The notes under the pieces were generated by a model. That model was given only the letters and a program-made list of their open reading frames with translations, did not search any database and was not told the origin of the DNA. Below, in pieces: positions 48,060 to 60,798 of a stretch of DNA of 64,000 bases. Within the stretch, counting starts at the first letter, position 1; each line of letters starts with the position of its first letter. The stretch is from positions 303,428,001 to 303,492,000 of the forward strand of contig CM126203.1 in NCBI GenBank assembly GCA_052327205.1, read 5' to 3'. The position numbers and the translations under genes are program-made. Origin of the DNA: Somniosus microcephalus (taxonomy: Eukaryota).

Positions 48060-49920
48060 TGCAGCAAGCTAGAGTTTAGTAGTGGGAGATATGAGGATAG
48101 ATAAATGTTCTGGACTTTTCGTAATTACTTGCTTTACACCATTCGAATCAGGGAATAATTCGGACAGAGTACCAACAATACGCACTCTGCCACACATCCT
48201 ATCATGGAGTTATTTTAGAACCGACAACAACTTCTCCAGACAACCAAATTTCCTCGTAAATGTCCACACTCCAGGCTGACTGAGAGCTTTGAAAGCTTTG
48301 ATTAAGTCAACAAATGCCAAACATAGGTCTTAATTTTGCTCCTTGCACTTCTCCTGAATTTGGTGAACAATGAAGATCATGGCCATAGTCCCTCAGCTAT
48401 CCTGAAGCTGCATTGCGATTCCAGAAGCCTCTTGTCCACTATATTCAGGAGCAGGTGATCAAGAGGAATCTGACTCAGAATGTTGCAAGTTATAGATAGA
48501 AGTGAGAATCCCTGATAGTTACTGCAGTCAGATTTCCCTCCTGTGTTCTTGTATATCTTGATGATGATTGCATCCTTTAGATTCTGTGGAACTTTCTGCT
48601 TTCTCCATATTAGGCAGAACAGCTTATGCAGGTGCTCAGTAAGAGCTCTACATATAATCTTGTAAATCTCTCTTTGAATGCCATAAGATCTAGTGCTTTG
48701 CCATTCTTCATAGACCTCGTGGCTGCCTCCATTTCCCAGATGGTTGGTGGAGCAACCAAGATGTCATCATCGGCCTCAAGCGAAATGTGGTCCAAGACTT
48801 CCTCAGCAACAGACAACTCAGTGTTGAGCAACTGCTCAAAGTCTAGAACCCATTGTCGGCATATTACCTCTCGATCTATTATCAGCGACCCACCATCTCT
48901 GCTTTTCACTGGCACCATCACATTGTGCCGTGGACCATAGACAACCTTCAATTCTGTGTACAGCTGTCTCATGTGATGCCTGCCGGAAAATCCCTGCAAC
49001 TCCGCTGCCTTAGCTTGCCACCATCGATATTACATTTGCCGTAGTTTGATCTTCACTTTGTGGAAAAGTCTCTATAAGTAGCCTTCTTGATCATTGAACC
49101 ATGGTCAGCAAATAAATTTTGATGTGCTCTCCTCTTTCTATCAAGCAGAAGTTGGATGGATTTGTCATTTTCATTAAACCAATCTTGGTGGCCTCTAGAT
49201 ATGAATCCAATAGTCTACTCGGTCGCCTGAGATACCACATTCTTGATTTCCATTCATTGCATGTCGATATCAGTGTTATCCAGAGGCGTACTGGAGTTCA
49301 AAAGCGCTTCCATGATTTTCTCACAGAGTTCTGCTTGAACATCATCGTTCTTCCATCTTTCAACATTTAATCTCCTTATCAGCTTCGCTGCTACCATGTG
49401 CCAGCTTGGCACCACCACTAAGGACAGCTTTGAGCGTATCATTCAATGATAAGTTCAGCAGTCAGATCTACGCATGGCAGAGATTATCCTGACATCACGA
49501 TGGTCCCTTTGATGCACATTGACATAGTCCATCAGGTGCCATTGCCAGGACCTTGGGTGTAGCACAATGCATTCTTCTTATCTGGCTGTCGAGATACAGT
49601 GTTTGTGATAACCAGTCCACTCCCAGCATACAAATCAAGGAAGACAGAACCATTCCTATTTACAGCACTAGTCGCATACCTACCTAAAACGTATTGCCAG
49701 GTCACAACATCCCCTCCTACATGTGCATTAAAGTCTCCCATAATAATTAGCTTATTAGAATTGGAGGTTGCAGTAATCAGCTCATCGAATTCGCTATAGA
49801 ACGTTTCCCTTTCCTCTTCTGGGTTTATCATAGTTGATGTGTAAAGACTCATGTTTGTAGCAAAGCATTCCAGTGCACAGGATGCAGCTGGACAGAAGGT
49901 CACTACTGGAAGATTCATAA
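48060..49920 (-). mobile_element. Degenerate RTE-clade LINE
   Basis: APE remnants (ETFYSE..LIIMGDFNAHVG, LVITNT) and RT N-terminal remnants (MKNGKA, FVDLIKAF) with many lesions. Confidence 0.75.
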
Positions 49921-51687
49921 GATATGCTCATCTAAATTTTCTAATCCCCTATGCCCACTTTATGACTGAGTAACAGGTGGAGCTAATGAGAAAATCTACC
50001 CTATTACCTATGCAGCAGTTTAAATTAAAAAAAAATAAATTTAAAGGGGTAAAGTTTCATCTTTAGCACTTATGGAGCGCAGTAGCATTCTGGTTGTTCA
50101 CCCTGGAGTGTGTGACAGCTCTTATGCACATCTACAGTGGAAGCTCTCGTTCATCAAAGCACAGACTGCTGTCAGAGAGGTGTGGGGTTTAGATTGGAGA
50201 CAGCTGTCGCTTCCAGCCTGGGACTGTGCTGCAGATAAGCTTTGCTGATCTCTTTTCCCCACAGATCAGTGGCCAATACTCGTGACATGGCAGGAATGGG
50301 CATGTATGATGCTCCTGTCTTTCAAGATGGCAGCAAATGTGTACTCTCCCATCAGTTCCTTCCAGTGCCTGCTCATGTGGCAGAAAGGATGCAGGCCAGG
50401 TTGCCTAGTCAGCAGCACGATGTGCAGCCTGCAGCATCCCTCTTAGGGTTTAGCTGCTGTAAAATAAGGGCCACCTCAATTCAGAGGCTCCTATTGGAAT
50501 GCACTCCAGCCACTCAGGTAGCACCTAGAAAAAGCACAAGGCTAGAAATATTAGTTCACACATCACATACTGGCATCAAGGGGAAGTACAGTGGTAAGAA
50601 GCACAAGGTACACACTCAGCATGGGATTTCATTAAAATTATCTTTGCACTAAAGTTGTTGCTTGTGCCAATATTGTTTTTTTGGCAACATTTGAGGTTGC
50701 TTTCATCAGGTGCCATGAATTGGATCCAGTGAGTTACTATGTACAGAGAAGAGTCTGTAGATGATGGTATATAAGTGGTGGGACAGGGGAGACTGTTGAT
50801 GCAGTGGCCAGATGTGGCAGCCTAGCGAAGACGATTTCTTGTAGCTGGCAATGAGTAGCTGCAATATCCCAGGCAGCTACTACTGCTCTTCTTCCTGAAC
50901 CCCTTGTTGCCAATGGCAGCTTTGTCCTTGGTGTCTCCATGAGGAGACCTCTTAGGAAGGCAAAGTGTGCATCACGCAGCACACCACTATGATCCTTAAG
51001 ACCATAGCTGGACTGAATTACCGCACACTCGAGATAGGTCCAGTACAACGGCTATTGTTAGAGCAGTGCCTTTGATAGCAGTGCTCTGCAGCATTTGGTA
51101 TAACTCGGGGATGGAAAAATAACCTTTGGAAAAATGTAGGCACTGTTGCTTGGTCAAGTTCAGGTATCAGTGCCTCTGCCTATATATTCTGGTGTGGGGT
51201 GCCGCCAGGTGAGTGTCATAAAAACAGAAAATTCTGCCAACACTCAGCAGGCCAGGCAGAAAATTGAGGCTTAAGTGTACTTTTGCTGGGCAGGACTAAT
51301 TGTGATTTCTTGCTGAGTTGGAGCATTCAGGAATTGCCCAATGCGCCACTCAGAGATTTGATACAATGAGAAAATCTCAATTGATGAGGAGCAACTGAGA
51401 TCACTGTCAGTTGGAGCTGGGGTTTAAGCTCAGTCTCTTTAATGCTGAGTCCAGTGCTTGCCACTAATACTTTTAGAATCTATTTGCATAAACATGCAGC
51501 AATAATACCATTGCAGTGACATTAAGTTATGTCTTGACAGTATTAGTACCATAAAATATACCTGAAACCCATGATTTGGATTCTTCCACTCTCATGCTGG
51601 AAGGAGGTCAAGAGAAAAATATTGGAAGCAAAAATATTAATGACAACTATAGAATGTATTTATTCTTGCCATTTCTTTTCCTTACAG

Positions 51688-51814
51688 TTGTTTGGCTGTG
51701 GAGCATTGGCACAAATTACCCTCAGCAGGGGTACACATGGACAGTTTTTGACTGTTAATTTTGCCTTCGGATTTGCAGTGATGCTCGGTGTACTCCTGGC
51801 TGGCCAAGTCTCAG
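51688..51814 (+). CDS. aqp3: AQP3-type gene, downstream copy, exon 2
   Basis: TTACAG acceptor, GT donor at 51815, 127 bp. Encodes [42 protein letters not shown]. Confidence 0.93.
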
Positions 51815-52546
51815 GTATATCTACACATAAGCATGCAGTACTAAACAGCTTTAAAAACATTTCACATGTAATTCTGGGTAAAGCAGCCTTTTATAGAAAA
51901 ATAATTACCTTTGGATCAGAGAAAATGTCACCATGGGATTAGTGACGGTGAAAGTGCACAGTACTTCCCTGAAAAGCTCAGCGATAAACTGCTACACCTC
52001 ATGATTTTTCCCATGTTGAGTCTTTAAAGTTTCACATCAGAATGGTTATCTGACCTCTTTAACCCTTTTTAACATTTTGTCAATTAGTGGCATTTAAGGA
52101 GTCACGGATCACTGTCCCATTTCTCTCTGCCTGCCCAAATAGCACTACAAAATCAGGCAGAGGGCAACAGAAAATCTTGGAGGACTGGGTGGTACAATGG
52201 GTTGGAAGCCTCACCTTTCATTAGAATCCAGCTTCGACTAATGGGATGAAGTCTACTCCTTCTGTAGTGACCATAAGTCAAATGAGTTTAAATCTAGTTC
52301 CATGGAAATATTTGCAGGGCTATGGGGAAAAGGCAGGTGACTGGGACTAATTGGATAGCTCTTTCAAAGAGGCACAGGTACAATGGGCCGAATGGCCTCC
52401 TTCTGTGCTGTATCATTCTATGATTCTATGATTCTAGTGCCAGATGAAGATTGGAGGAGGAGAGAGTCTCTGTGAAAAGGTAGGAAGTTGGATGTGATAC
52501 ATTATCTCTGTGAACATAAAGCAAGGGTTGGATGCGGAAGAGTGAC

Positions 52547-53245
52547 TGTGTTAAATTTCATCTGCCATTTGTCTGCCAATTTCACTAGTCTGTCTATGTT
52601 CTCCTGAAGTCTGCTACTATCCTCCTCACTGTTTACTGCTTTTCCGAGTTTCATGTCATCTGCAAACTTTGAAATTATGCCCTGTATACCCAAGTCTAGG
52701 TCATTAATATATTTATATATATATATCAAAAAGAGCAGTGGTCCTAATACCGACCCCTGGGAGACGCCACTGTATACTTTCCTCCAGTCTGAAAAACAAT
52801 CGTCCCCCACTACTCACTGCTTTCTGTCCCTTAGCTAATTTTGTATCCATGCTGCCGCTGCCCCTTTAATCTCATGGGCTTAGATTTTGCTGGCAAATCT
52901 ATTATGTGGTGTTTTTTCAAACGCCTTTTGAATGTCCATATACACAATATGAACTGCACTACCCTCATCAAACCTCTCGGTTACTTCATTAAAGAAATCA
53001 ATCAAGCTAGTCAAACACAACTTGCCTTTAACAAATCTGTGCTGGCTGTCAATGATTTACCCATGTTTTTCCAAGTGGCAATTAATTTTGTCTTGGATTA
53101 TTGTCTCTAAATGTTTCCCTACTACTGACATTTTGCTGACTGGCCTGTAGTTACCTGATTTAGCCCTCTCCCCTTTTTTGAACAGGGATGTAACATTTGT
53201 AACCCCCCAGTCCTCTGGCTCCACTTCCATATCTAAGGAGGATTA
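52547..53245 (-). mobile_element. CR1 LINE RT fragment
   Basis: SGVSQGSVLGPLLF...SKFADD in ORF 52502-52810. Confidence 0.8.
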
Positions 53246-53589
53246 TGTCAGTATGAAAATTACTAGAACAACAACAATTTGCATTTATATACTGTCTCGA
53301 GCGGTGATGCAAAACAGAAGGTATAGGATCGGCCACCCATTATACACAGCACCTGATACTCAGTTCCATTGACTGCCTTTTAACATTGAAAAACATTGCA
53401 AGAAGCTTCACAGAGGCGTAATCAAAAAAATGGTTGCCAAGCCAAAGAAGGAAATATTAGGGATGAGCATAAGCTTGGCCAAAGAGGTGTGTTTTAAGGA
53501 GGATTTTAAAGGAGGAGAGTGAGGTAGAGAGGTGGCGAGGTTTAGGGAGTGAATTCCAGAGCATGGGGCCTGGGCAGCTAAAAGAATAA

Positions 53590-54380
53590 TGGAAAGTATG
53601 ACAACAGGGTAGATGTTGGTTATATCAACTTCAAAAAAACATTTGATGAAATTCTGCATAATAAATTGGTTGTGAAAATTAAGATCGCTGCATAAAATGG
53701 TAAGTGGCGGTATGGATAGAGGGAGAGATAGATGCAGATAGCAAAGGGTTGTTCTGATGGGCAGGATATGGCTAATAGAGTTCCCTAGGGTCATGAGGGT
53801 TCAGTACAAAACACTATTTCTCCCACAATTGGGACACTGTGCACAGTTTTGGCTCTTCACTTTAATAGCCCTGTAGAAAGTGAAGTACAAATGTATTAGG
53901 ATTATACCAGAGATAGGGAGTCTGAGCTGCAAAGAAAGGATGGAGCAATTAAGTCTATATTCTCTCAAACTGAGAAGTTTTAAGGGAGCATTGGATAGAG
54001 GTGTTGAAAATGATAAAAGGAATAAGGTAACCATAGATTATTTTCATTGGTACATAAATTGAAGACTTAAGACCATGATCCCAAGTATTAGGTACATAAA
54101 GAGAGAGATTAGAAAACCCTTTTTCACACAAAGAGTTATCAGACTATAAAATGCTTTGCCACAAGTAGTAATCAATGCTAAATTGATTGTAACATTCAAA
54201 AAGGTACTGGGTTATTACTTAAGAAGAATATAAAACAGCATGAGGAAAAATCAGGAAAATGAGATTCGTTTGGGGAGAAAGTAAGAAACTGGGACTGTGT
54301 AAAAGCAGTCCCTGAGACAAGCCTGAAGTCAGCGCAGGCAAGAACAGCTGAATGGTGTTCTACCGTGGTAAAATGTCTAT
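53590..54380 (+). mobile_element. Old CR1 LINE remnant
   Basis: Eroded CR1 ORF2 and 3' end motifs (e.g. TTCACACAAAGAGTT). Confidence 0.5.
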
Positions 54381-54703
54381 GGCCGGGGATTTCCCCGGAG
54401 CTCCTGGTCTGTCACCGTAACTTCACTGGAATTTCTGCCATACTTGGTAGAGTGGGAGCAGCTCCAAGGAAATTCTCAGCCTATGTTTCTATGTAGAGTC
54501 AATCCATGCCATGAACTCATGTTGTATGATGAGTAACAATTTAATTGCCCTTTTAAAATAAATAGCATAATATCTTTATTAAAATAGCAGACAAAACTAT
54601 TACAAATGAGTCTATTTAGGAGGCTCAATACTAATTTTGCACCGTCCAATTTCGAAGCACAAAAGTTCATTTATTCATTGTGATTCTTTTGTTCCTTGTA
54701 CAG

Positions 54704-54841
54704 GAGCGCACTTGAATCCTGCCGTGACCTTTGCTATGTGCTTACTTGCTCGCGAACCCTGGTTAAAATTTCCCCTTTACTCTTTGGCACAAATACTAGG
54801 CGGCTTCCTTGGATCTGGTATCATTTTCGGTTTGTATTTTG
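54704..54841 (+). CDS. aqp3: AQP3-type gene, downstream copy, exon 3 (first NPA box)
   Basis: TACAG acceptor, GTAAGT donor, 138 bp. Encodes (G)[45 protein letters not shown]. Confidence 0.94.
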
Positions 54842-55750
54842 GTAAGTAACAAAGCTATTTTCTTTCTTAATTAAATTGTTGTACATAGTAACTTTCCTCG
54901 CAAGAGGGATACAACATAAATAAAAACAGAACATGCTGGAAACACTCAGCAGGTCAGGCAGCATGTGTGGAGACAGAAAGAGTTAATTTTCAGGTTAGTA
55001 AGCTGCACTCACCCAGAAGTTTATTTAATGTTTTTACGCAATAGATTTATTACATAAGTAGTAATGGTTGAGTTTATTGCTGATTAAGATACAAAGCTCC
55101 TTTACCATTTGTGAGGAAGCTTCAATCTTTTGCCAGAGGTGTTTGAACTGTTTTGGAAATCACCTAAATTAGGATTTAGACAATGAGAGGTGAGCAATTA
55201 CAGTCCCAGACATATAAAATGGCCCCGATTTTCCTGGAGCCGTCAGGCGGGGTTTCAGGCGGGCAGGGGCTGAAAATCGCAGAAATAGGGGGTCGCGACC
55301 CCCCCCCCGCCCGATTCCCCGCCCCGCCCGACTTTCGCCCCGGTGTTTCAGCACGACCCGAATCAGTCCTGCCCGCAGCAGGCGGGACTGGTCGGCGGGA
55401 GCCTAATGATCAATAATTGGCATCTGTAATCGTATTTTAAGGGGCCCTTGGAATTTTCAGCCTTTCCCTACGTAAACCACGCTTGGTGGGAACACCGCTG
55501 ATGAAACCTGGCATGAACAATGTCGGCTTGCTTGCTTTCAGCTGCAGGTCAATCAGGAATGAAGAGATTTAATCAGCCAGCATTTGTAGGCTGCAGGAAC
55601 TTGTTGCTCAAGGCTTGGGGCAACTTGTTGAAGGCTTAGGCACAGCTGTGGAAGGTTGGAGCTTCACACACTTCTCCAGTGTGAGCTCCTGGGAAGCCCC
55701 TCTCACCACCCTAACTCAGCGCCTCCTCAGCGGAGGCATCTGCCAGAAGC

Positions 55751-58497
55751 ATGGGAGGCCTTTTGTTCCTTCCCTTCTTGGCATTAAAGGATCTCCAACA
55801 GCAGAGGAGGCTGCAGCAGATCCAGCAACAACAGCAGATCCAGCAACAACAGCAGATCCAGCAACAACAGCAGCACCAGCAACAGCAGCACCAGCAGGAG
55901 CAACAGGCTGCGGCTCAGCCACCTGAGGCAGCACAGGCCAGAAGGGGCCGGCGCATGGAAGGCTGTCGGCGCAGGAGATACCCCCCAAACAGGGTCTACA
56001 GACACAGGGTGAGCTACCTCAACATGACTGAGCAGCAGTGCCAAAGGCGGCTCCGACTTTCGCGAGAGGTAGTGACTGACATCTGCGCAATGCTACAGCA
56101 AGACCTGGAGCCCAGAGCACCAGGTCGACACTCCTTACCAGTGGCCATCAAAGTCACCACCGCACTCAACTTTTATGCCTCAGGCTCCTTCCAGGGATCA
56201 GCAGCAGACATCAGCGGCATCTCCCAGGCGGCCGCACACACTTGCATCAAACAGGTCACCGATGGCCTCTTTGCCCTTGCACAGCATCACATCCATTTCA
56301 CCCGGGATCGCGCAAGTGTGAGGGCGCGAGCGCGTGGATTAGCTCAGCTGGCAGACTTTCCAAGGGTGCAGGGCATCATTGACTGCACACATGTGGCCCT
56401 TAGGGCACCCCATCGCAATCCAGGAGTTTTTGTCAACCGCAAGGGCTTCCACTCCCTTACCGTTCAGCTGGTGTGTGACCACAAGAAGGAGATTTTGCAT
56501 GTTTGTGCCAAGTACCCTGGCAGCTGCCATGACTCCCTCATACTGCGCCAGTCTACTGTGCCTCCGCTATTCAGTCCGCCACACCAACTTAACGGATGGC
56601 TACTTGGAGACAAGGGCTATCCCCTGCTGTGGGGGGGTGGCAGGTGTGGCGCGTGCCCCTGACTGTTTGTGATTGGTTCGAATCGCTCCCACGCCCCTGG
56701 GTTCTAGACACTGGACTTAGGTACAGGCGGCGATACAGAAAAACTCGAGTAGACAAGTGGTTTGGATGTAAGAAAACCAAGATTTTATTGAACAGGAAAC
56801 ATTGATACAGTCTTAAAAAGAAGTTACCACTATAACATTACAGGCAAATGCACTTAACTACACTTACGCAGGGAATGGGGAACACACGGCACATCGAGGG
56901 AAAACAACTATCTTAACAATCCCCTTATCCTTATCCCACCCCCTATACCTAACTAGATTAAGCTATGAGGGGTCGGAATCTATGCTCACCAATCGAAAAC
57001 AGGGTTTGCTCAATTCAAAACAGCGGTGGGGTTCGGGGTTCGCTCTTGGTGCTCTCTGGAGCCTGCCGTTGTCACGTGGTCTCCAGGTGCTGCAAGGGCG
57101 TTGTCCAGGTTCGAGTACCTCAATGTCTCTGTTTGGGTACTTTACCTTGCAGGGATGATTCTTTGTCGACAGCTGCCAGTTTGAGTTAGTGTGCAGATAT
57201 TCGAAGGTCGGCCGAGGCTGAAGGCCCGATGATTCGAAACCTCCCCTCATTTGGTCTTCTCCAGCCGGTTTGCCCCTCGGTGGGTTTCCCTTCTCCCCTC
57301 GTTGCTTCCCGCCTCACCTGGCCTGAATCTGTCTGTGTCTGCCCGACCCGGTGCTGGGGCAGTTCCAGATGGAGTGGGAAAAGGGCACGGGCAGAGGCCA
57401 GAAGGGAAGCGCGGGGCGGGGAAAGAGCGGCAGCCACGAGAGCGAGGGACCCGAGGAGCAGCACCAGCACACCAACCAACGAACTCTACGGACCTCCTCC
57501 GAGCGAACGAAATAGCTGCCCTAACTCAATGCTACCCGGGGCCTTCAATTATACCTTCGTCGAAAAACCTTATCTTCGCGCCAAATCAGGTTAGTTCTTT
57601 GTCTTAAACTTGGCGGGCTAGTTTAAACAATGGTAGCAATGTATACTGACGGTTTTTAGATGGCCGGTAATCGCATCTACCGGCCCGATAATTGACTTGT
57701 ATTGTCCTGAAAGTTCCTTGATGGGCTTGTCCAACCTCGATGGCTGTGTTAATCTGTTTCTGATAATGTATGCAGACTGTTTGATGGCCTTAACTATAGG
57801 TCTAAACTGCAATTAGATCCGTCTCCAATTCAGTCTAATGCATAATTCAGAGTCCTATATCGTTCCAAAACACAAAGTTTCTCTTCACAGAAAACCTGAA
57901 GCCTTAGTTTCGATTTCTCCCAAGCTGTCTGCACTGCAGAATCCATTTTGGAATCCCACAGGCTTTCTGCCACGAGGCACGGACGCCATCTTGGGTACCC
58001 CTTTTAATTTAAAATGTCCATGCAGGGTCCCTTATTAATAATAACCTTCGGGGAGATGCAGAAATTTTGTAAATCTTACACTGCAGAGTTGGCTAATGAC
58101 GCCGGTGGGGAGACCAGCCAACGAAGCTGAGGAGCGCTACAACTCCAGCCACATTTCCACCAGATGCATTATCGAGCAAGCCATCAGATTGCTAAAGATG
58201 CACTTCAGATGCCTCGATAGATCAGGTGGAGCCCTACAGTACTCATCAGCCAGGGTCTCCAAAATCGTTGTGGTATGCTGTGTGCTTCACAACATGGCAC
58301 AGCCTCGTGGCTTGCCGATTCCGCAGGACCAAGAGGCTCCTCACAGAGCCGCCTCGGATGAGGATGATGCTGAGGAGGAGGAGGAGGAGGACGGAAACGA
58401 GCATCCTGCAGAGGCCCGTCAACCAGCGGCACCAGTGCGCGAGAACATTGCTGGGCAGAATGCAAGGAACGCACTCATCCTGGCCAGATTTGCGTAG
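55751..58497 (+). pseudogene. Harbinger transposase (HARBI1-like) split by a solo LTR
   Basis: IDCTH, NRKG, PGSCHD, GDKGYP|L then QSWLMTP...IIEQAI. Joining 55751-56627 to 58085-58497 restores a 429-aa frame. Confidence 0.9.
56628..58080 (-). mobile_element. 1453-bp probable solo LTR
   Basis: TGT...ACA termini, 4-bp TSD CTGC (56624-56627, 58081-58084), no recognisable ORF. Strand inferred from a minus-strand AATAAA near 56785. Confidence 0.75.
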
Positions 58498-58750
58498 CCT
58501 GGTACCTCAAACACTGTAGCCTCACTGCTTCTTAACTGACCATGGACAGTGGCCCATCCCTGCGCATTTCTACCTATTGGACCAGCTTGCTGACATCTGC
58601 AAGTAATCCTAAGGCCTCAATGTGAAATCCCCATTTGCCAAATGACAGACGCCACAACTGCAGCAGTTGCCACCAGATTTTTTATGTACAAGAAACTGAT
58701 GGCATTAAAACTATATACAAGACTTTTCACCCAAGTGACTACCCTTGTGA

Positions 58751-60798
58751 TTAGTGGTGCTTTATTTTTCTCTTACGCGTGCTCCTACGTTGTGGTACCC
58801 CTGTGGCTTCAGCAGATGTGGAGGTCCCTTGCTCACATTCCTGCTGCTCCTGTCTCGACACCTTTGGCGGGCGTCCTCTGGGGTGGCGAGCCTGTGAGGG
58901 CTCGCCAGCAGTCTGCTGCTCCTGCGGCTGTGCAGAGGTTGAGATTCCTATCTCACTTGGGTGTGGACTCCGGCGGGGCTCTGACCGAGGGCTCTGAAGT
59001 GGCATGGAAGTGTGAGCGCGTGGAGAGGAGCCCCCAGTTCCTTGAGGTGTGCCAACAACCTCCCTCTCATGGGTCAGCTCCCCCTCAGTGCCTGCAAGTG
59101 GCTGGAGAGCACCTTGCTGCACATCAGGGGGGCTATGGGGACCCGTATCTGCACTGGAAGTCCTGCTCAGAGGGACTTCCATGAAGGTCTGGTTTCGGTG
59201 CTCAATTGATGCCCATCGCTCCTCAAGAGATGTCATTCTATTCTGAGCACTCACCATGTTTTTGATACCCTGGCGACTAAGCTCCTCCATGGCCGTAGCC
59301 TTCCTCTCCTCGGCCGCAGCCCTGCTCTCCTCGGCCGCAGCCCTCCTCTCCTCAGCTGCAGCCCTCCTCTCCTCGGCTGCAGCCAGCCTTACCATGGAGG
59401 TAGCCATCCTTTCCGTGGTGATGCTTTCATGCGCCAATGACTCCAATAAGGCTCTGCTCATGCTCGCCATGGACTCCTCCATTCGCTCCACACTCGCAGC
59501 GACCCTGGAGACAAAACCTGCCAGAGACTCCTGCATCTGTGCATGGAGATCCATCACCTCCTCTCTTGCGGATGGACCCAGAGGCATAGGGTTGAAATGC
59601 AGCTGAGCTGAGCTGGCAGATGCCTGCGCCCTCCGACGAGGACTCTCCACTGCTGTCCCTGTCTCCACAATCTGCTGATGCTCACTTGTGAGCTGTGATA
59701 CACCAGGTGACAACACTACTCTATCTCGCTAAGGCCCCACCGAGGTGTGAGTGTCTGCGCTGGTGCTGGGTGCGCTGAATTCTGCTGACGCTGCGCCCTC
59801 AGAGGTTGGAGCTTCCTCTGAGGTGTCTGGCTGCTCAGCCTCTTCCTCCTCCACAGTGGGGATGGGGGATTTGGATGGTCCTGTGGGGGAGTGAAGGAAA
59901 GAGTTAGAGATGTGATGCCAAGGTTACATGCACATTGGATTTTGCAGATGATCATAAGGCCAAATGATGTAGCTTCAGATTCGTTACAGCGACTCATGCT
60001 ATGTCAATGAGAGAGATGGAAAACTATTCTGTCGCCAGCTTGCGGGCTTGCTCCTGTCTCTCCTTCCCCAGCTTCCGGAGCAACGTCACCCCCAACAATC
60101 TCCATCACTGCTTCCTCCCAGGGGGTCAGGTGTGCGATTGAGGGTGGCCCTCCACCAGTCCTGGCTTGCTCTCTCCTGTTGTGAGCTCTCTTTTCCTGCA
60201 ATGAGGGAGACAAGTGGAGTTTGAGTGAGAGTGCAGGAGTGAGTGTAGAGATTGTATAGCATAGATACTTAGAAGGAGACAAAGATGGTGTGAGGCTGCA
60301 AGACCAAGGGCCCTCCCTGTGTGTTGTCAGTTGTGTTCCAAGCATCAGAGTGAGAGGCAGTGTGAGGGCTGCATGGTGGAATAGTTGTGTGAATGTGAGC
60401 ATAGAGAGATAGGGAATGGGTAAGAGTGCATGGATGTGACTGTGAAGTGGGATGTGGAGGAAGAGATTGCTGAAGCTGAGTGCTGTTGGGGAAAGGCAAT
60501 GGGGATCAGGTTGAGGGTGATGGAAACTTCATACTTACTTTTCCTGTACGGTGAAGGTCATGGAAGCGCTTCCTGCACTGCATCCAGGTCCGGCGGGTGA
60601 CTCCCTGAGAGTTGACCTCTGCAGTCACCTCCATGCAGCCCTGGTCTCTTTGGGAGGCCTCTTCCTCCCTGTGCTAGGGAAGAGGGCCTCCCTGTGGGCC
60701 CTAACCCCATCCACCAATGTCTGCAGTGACGTCTCATCAAATTTGGCGGCAGCTCGGCCTCTGCTGCTGGCAGCAGCTGGTGCAGGCTCCTCTGCCAT
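58751..60798 (-). pseudogene. Harbinger Myb/SANT-like (trihelix) DNA-binding gene, probably 3 exons, disrupted
   Basis: MAEEP...KFDETSLQTLVDGV...AW..V...RTWMQCRKRFHDL, GTAAGT donor at 60538, then exon EKRAHNRRE..TGGG from 60195 and a last exon from 59880. Frameshift near 60628. Confidence 0.8.

Noticed and set aside
55751-60798. Domesticated host HARBI1/NAIF1 genes
   Set aside because: Flanked by TIRs, located in an intron, disrupted, and a related Myb copy occurs at 63825, so this is a transposon
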